27,214 nt of DNA, from assembly GCA_041496385.1 (NCBI GenBank), contig JBGQEL010000053.1:1-27214 (forward strand). Direction: 5' to 3'. Source of the stretch: Candidatus Methylomirabilia bacterium (GTDB lineage: Bacteria > Methylomirabilota > Methylomirabilia > Rokubacteriales > CSP1-6). Below the pieces are notes generated by a model that worked only from the letters and a program-made list of their open reading frames with translations, made no database searches and was not told the DNA's origin. Position 1 is the stretch's first letter. Every line of letters begins with the position of its first letter. The position numbers were made by a program, and so were the translations under genes. Of the stretch, positions 25,765 through 27,214 are shown in pieces.

Positions 25765-26532
25765 GTGAGCGAGCTCCTTTTCGTCGTCGAGCGGACGCGC
25801 CGGGAGATGTACGAGACCCTCAGGCGCAGCTGCGTCGACATGGACGACGTCCAGGTCATCCTCGATCGGCGCCAGCACGGCCGGCGGGCGCCCCTCGCCT
25901 GGCTCGCGCACGAGCGGCGTCAGGCCGAGCGGCGGCTGCGCGCGATCGACGAGCAGCTGGCCTCGTTGGGCTTCGCCGTCGTCAAGCGCGATCCGCCGTG
26001 GCGGGAGCCGTCGGAGCTCCCGGCGGACGCCGACCCGGGGTCCGCCGACCAGGCGCCGTTCCTCGCCCTGGTGCCCCTGTTCAGCGGCTTCGCGCTCGAG
26101 GAGCTCGCCCTGCTGGCCGAGCACATGCGGCCGCGGCCGCTCCGCCAGGGGCAGGTCCTGTTTCGTGAGGGCGAGCGTGGGGACGAGATGTTCCTGGTCC
26201 GCGCGGGGCGGCTCGTCATCTCGAAGGAAGTGATCGGCAAGGCGGAGGAGATCCTGGCGGTCATGGAGCCGGGCGATTTCTTCGGCGAGATGAACGTCTT
26301 CGGACGCGGGCGCCGCTCGGCGACGGTCCGGGCGGAGATGGACGCGGTGCTGCTCGGGCTCGATCGCGAGACCCTCCGGGAGCTCGTCGAGCGGAGCCCG
26401 CGCGCCGGCGTGGCGTTCTTCACGGCCATGGTCCAGGAGTTCAGCCGGCGCCTGGACCGGACGGACAATCTCGTCGCCGAGGTGACGCGCTGGGGGCTCG
26501 AGGCCACCGGCCTGGACGACGAGTTCGAATGA
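25765..26532 (+). CDS. Cyclic nucleotide-binding domain protein with N-terminal DRR/ERR domain (no HTH)
   Basis: LFREGERGDEMFLVRAG, GDFFGEM, RRSATVRA. N-terminal VILDRRQHGRR...ERRQAERR. Confidence 0.85.
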   Translation: MSELLFVVERTRREMYETLRRSCVDMDDVQVILDRRQHGRRAPLAWLAHERRQAERRLRAIDEQLASLGFAVVKRDPPWREPSELPADADPGSADQAPFLALVPLFSGFALEELALLAEHMRPRPLRQGQVLFREGERGDEMFLVRAGRLVISKEVIGKAEEILAVMEPGDFFGEMNVFGRGRRSATVRAEMDAVLLGLDRETLRELVERSPRAGVAFFTAMVQEFSRRLDRTDNLVAEVTRWGLEATGLDDEFE

Positions 26533-26548
26533 GCAGGGCGAAGGCATA

Positions 26549-27214
26549 GTGGAGATCGGCTGCCACCTTCCGACGACGCAGGCGCCGGCCATTCAGGCCG
26601 ACGCGCTGGTCACGTTCGCGCGCGAGGCTGAACGGCGCGGTATCGCCTCGCTCTGGGTCAGCGACCACGTCGTCATCCCGCGGGAGACGGTCGGTTATCC
26701 GGGCGGGGCGAGGTTCCCGCATCCGCCCGACACGCCGTACCTCGAGCCCGTCACGGCCCTCGCGGCGGTGGCGGTCTGCACGACGCGGGCGCGCCTGGGC
26801 GCGTCGGTCTTCATCCTGGGCCACCGCCATCCCGTGGTCATGGCCAAGATGCTCGCGAGCATCGACGCGCTGTCGCACGGGCGGCTGATCTGCGGCGTCG
26901 GGGTGGGCTGGTGGCGGCAGGAGCTCGAGATCCTGGGCGTTCCCTTCCACGCGCGCGGCCGCCAGGCCGACGAGATCCTGCGCGTCTTCAAGGAGCTGTG
27001 GACGGCCGACAAGCCGGCCTTCGCGGGCGAGTTCTTCCGGTTCGCCAACATCGGCTTTGCGCCCAGGCCCGTGCAGAAGCCGCACCCGCCGATCTGGGTC
27101 GGCGGCGGCAGCGCGGGCGCGCTCCGCCGGGTCGTCGCGCTCGGCGACGGCTGGCACGCGATGTCGCGAACGCCGGCCGAGCTGGAGGACGGGCTCCGCC
27201 GCCTGCGCGCGGCG
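26549..27214 (+). CDS. LLM-class (F420/flavin-dependent) oxidoreductase, 3'-truncated by the window edge
   Basis: Absent from the ORF track because there is no stop in the window. GTG 26549 reads VEIGCHLP...SLWVSDHVVIP...LEPVTAL...RHPVVMAKMLASIDALSHGRLICGVGVGW...PRPVQKPHPPIWVGG...GDGWH. Confidence 0.92.
   Translation, partial: MEIGCHLPTTQAPAIQADALVTFAREAERRGIASLWVSDHVVIPRETVGYPGGARFPHPPDTPYLEPVTALAAVAVCTTRARLGASVFILGHRHPVVMAKMLASIDALSHGRLICGVGVGWWRQELEILGVPFHARGRQADEILRVFKELWTADKPAFAGEFFRFANIGFAPRPVQKPHPPIWVGGGSAGALRRVVALGDGWHAMSRTPAELEDGLRRLRAA

Overview
High-GC (roughly 70%) bacterial chromosomal window with about 29 protein-coding genes. No rRNA, tRNA, CRISPR array, transposase or integrase is evident. 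Gene style resembles Ca. Rokubacteria/Methylomirabilota (inference only). In order: the 3' end of a repeat-rich surface protein (82-aa Cys-containing tandem repeats plus a triplicated C-terminal motif); a catabolic cluster (enolase-superfamily enzyme, 65-aa protein, amidase, D-2-hydroxyacid dehydrogenase); a SPOR protein; an N-acyl-D-amino-acid deacylase; an orphan type IVa pilin with a sigma54-type promoter and terminator; a CinA/PncC protein; an AI-2E transporter; a hidden dppC/oppC remnant; a cluster of proline-rich exported proteins and a Gly-zipper lipoprotein; an EEP nuclease; an orphan CoxL-like molybdoenzyme subunit; an orphan TAXI binding protein coupled to a paralog of the SPOR protein; a Vgb-like propeller, a stand-alone GAF protein and a receiver protein; a complete Liv-type ABC transporter; a cNMP protein with an unusual DRR/ERR N-terminal domain; and a truncated LLM oxidoreductase. 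Best leads: the triple-repeat C-terminal tag (candidate surface-anchoring domain), two 66%-identical membrane modules with different C-termini, the DRR/ERR-cNMP fusion, and a membrane-tethered Sm/SH3-like domain. All calls come from reading motifs by eye; no searches were run.
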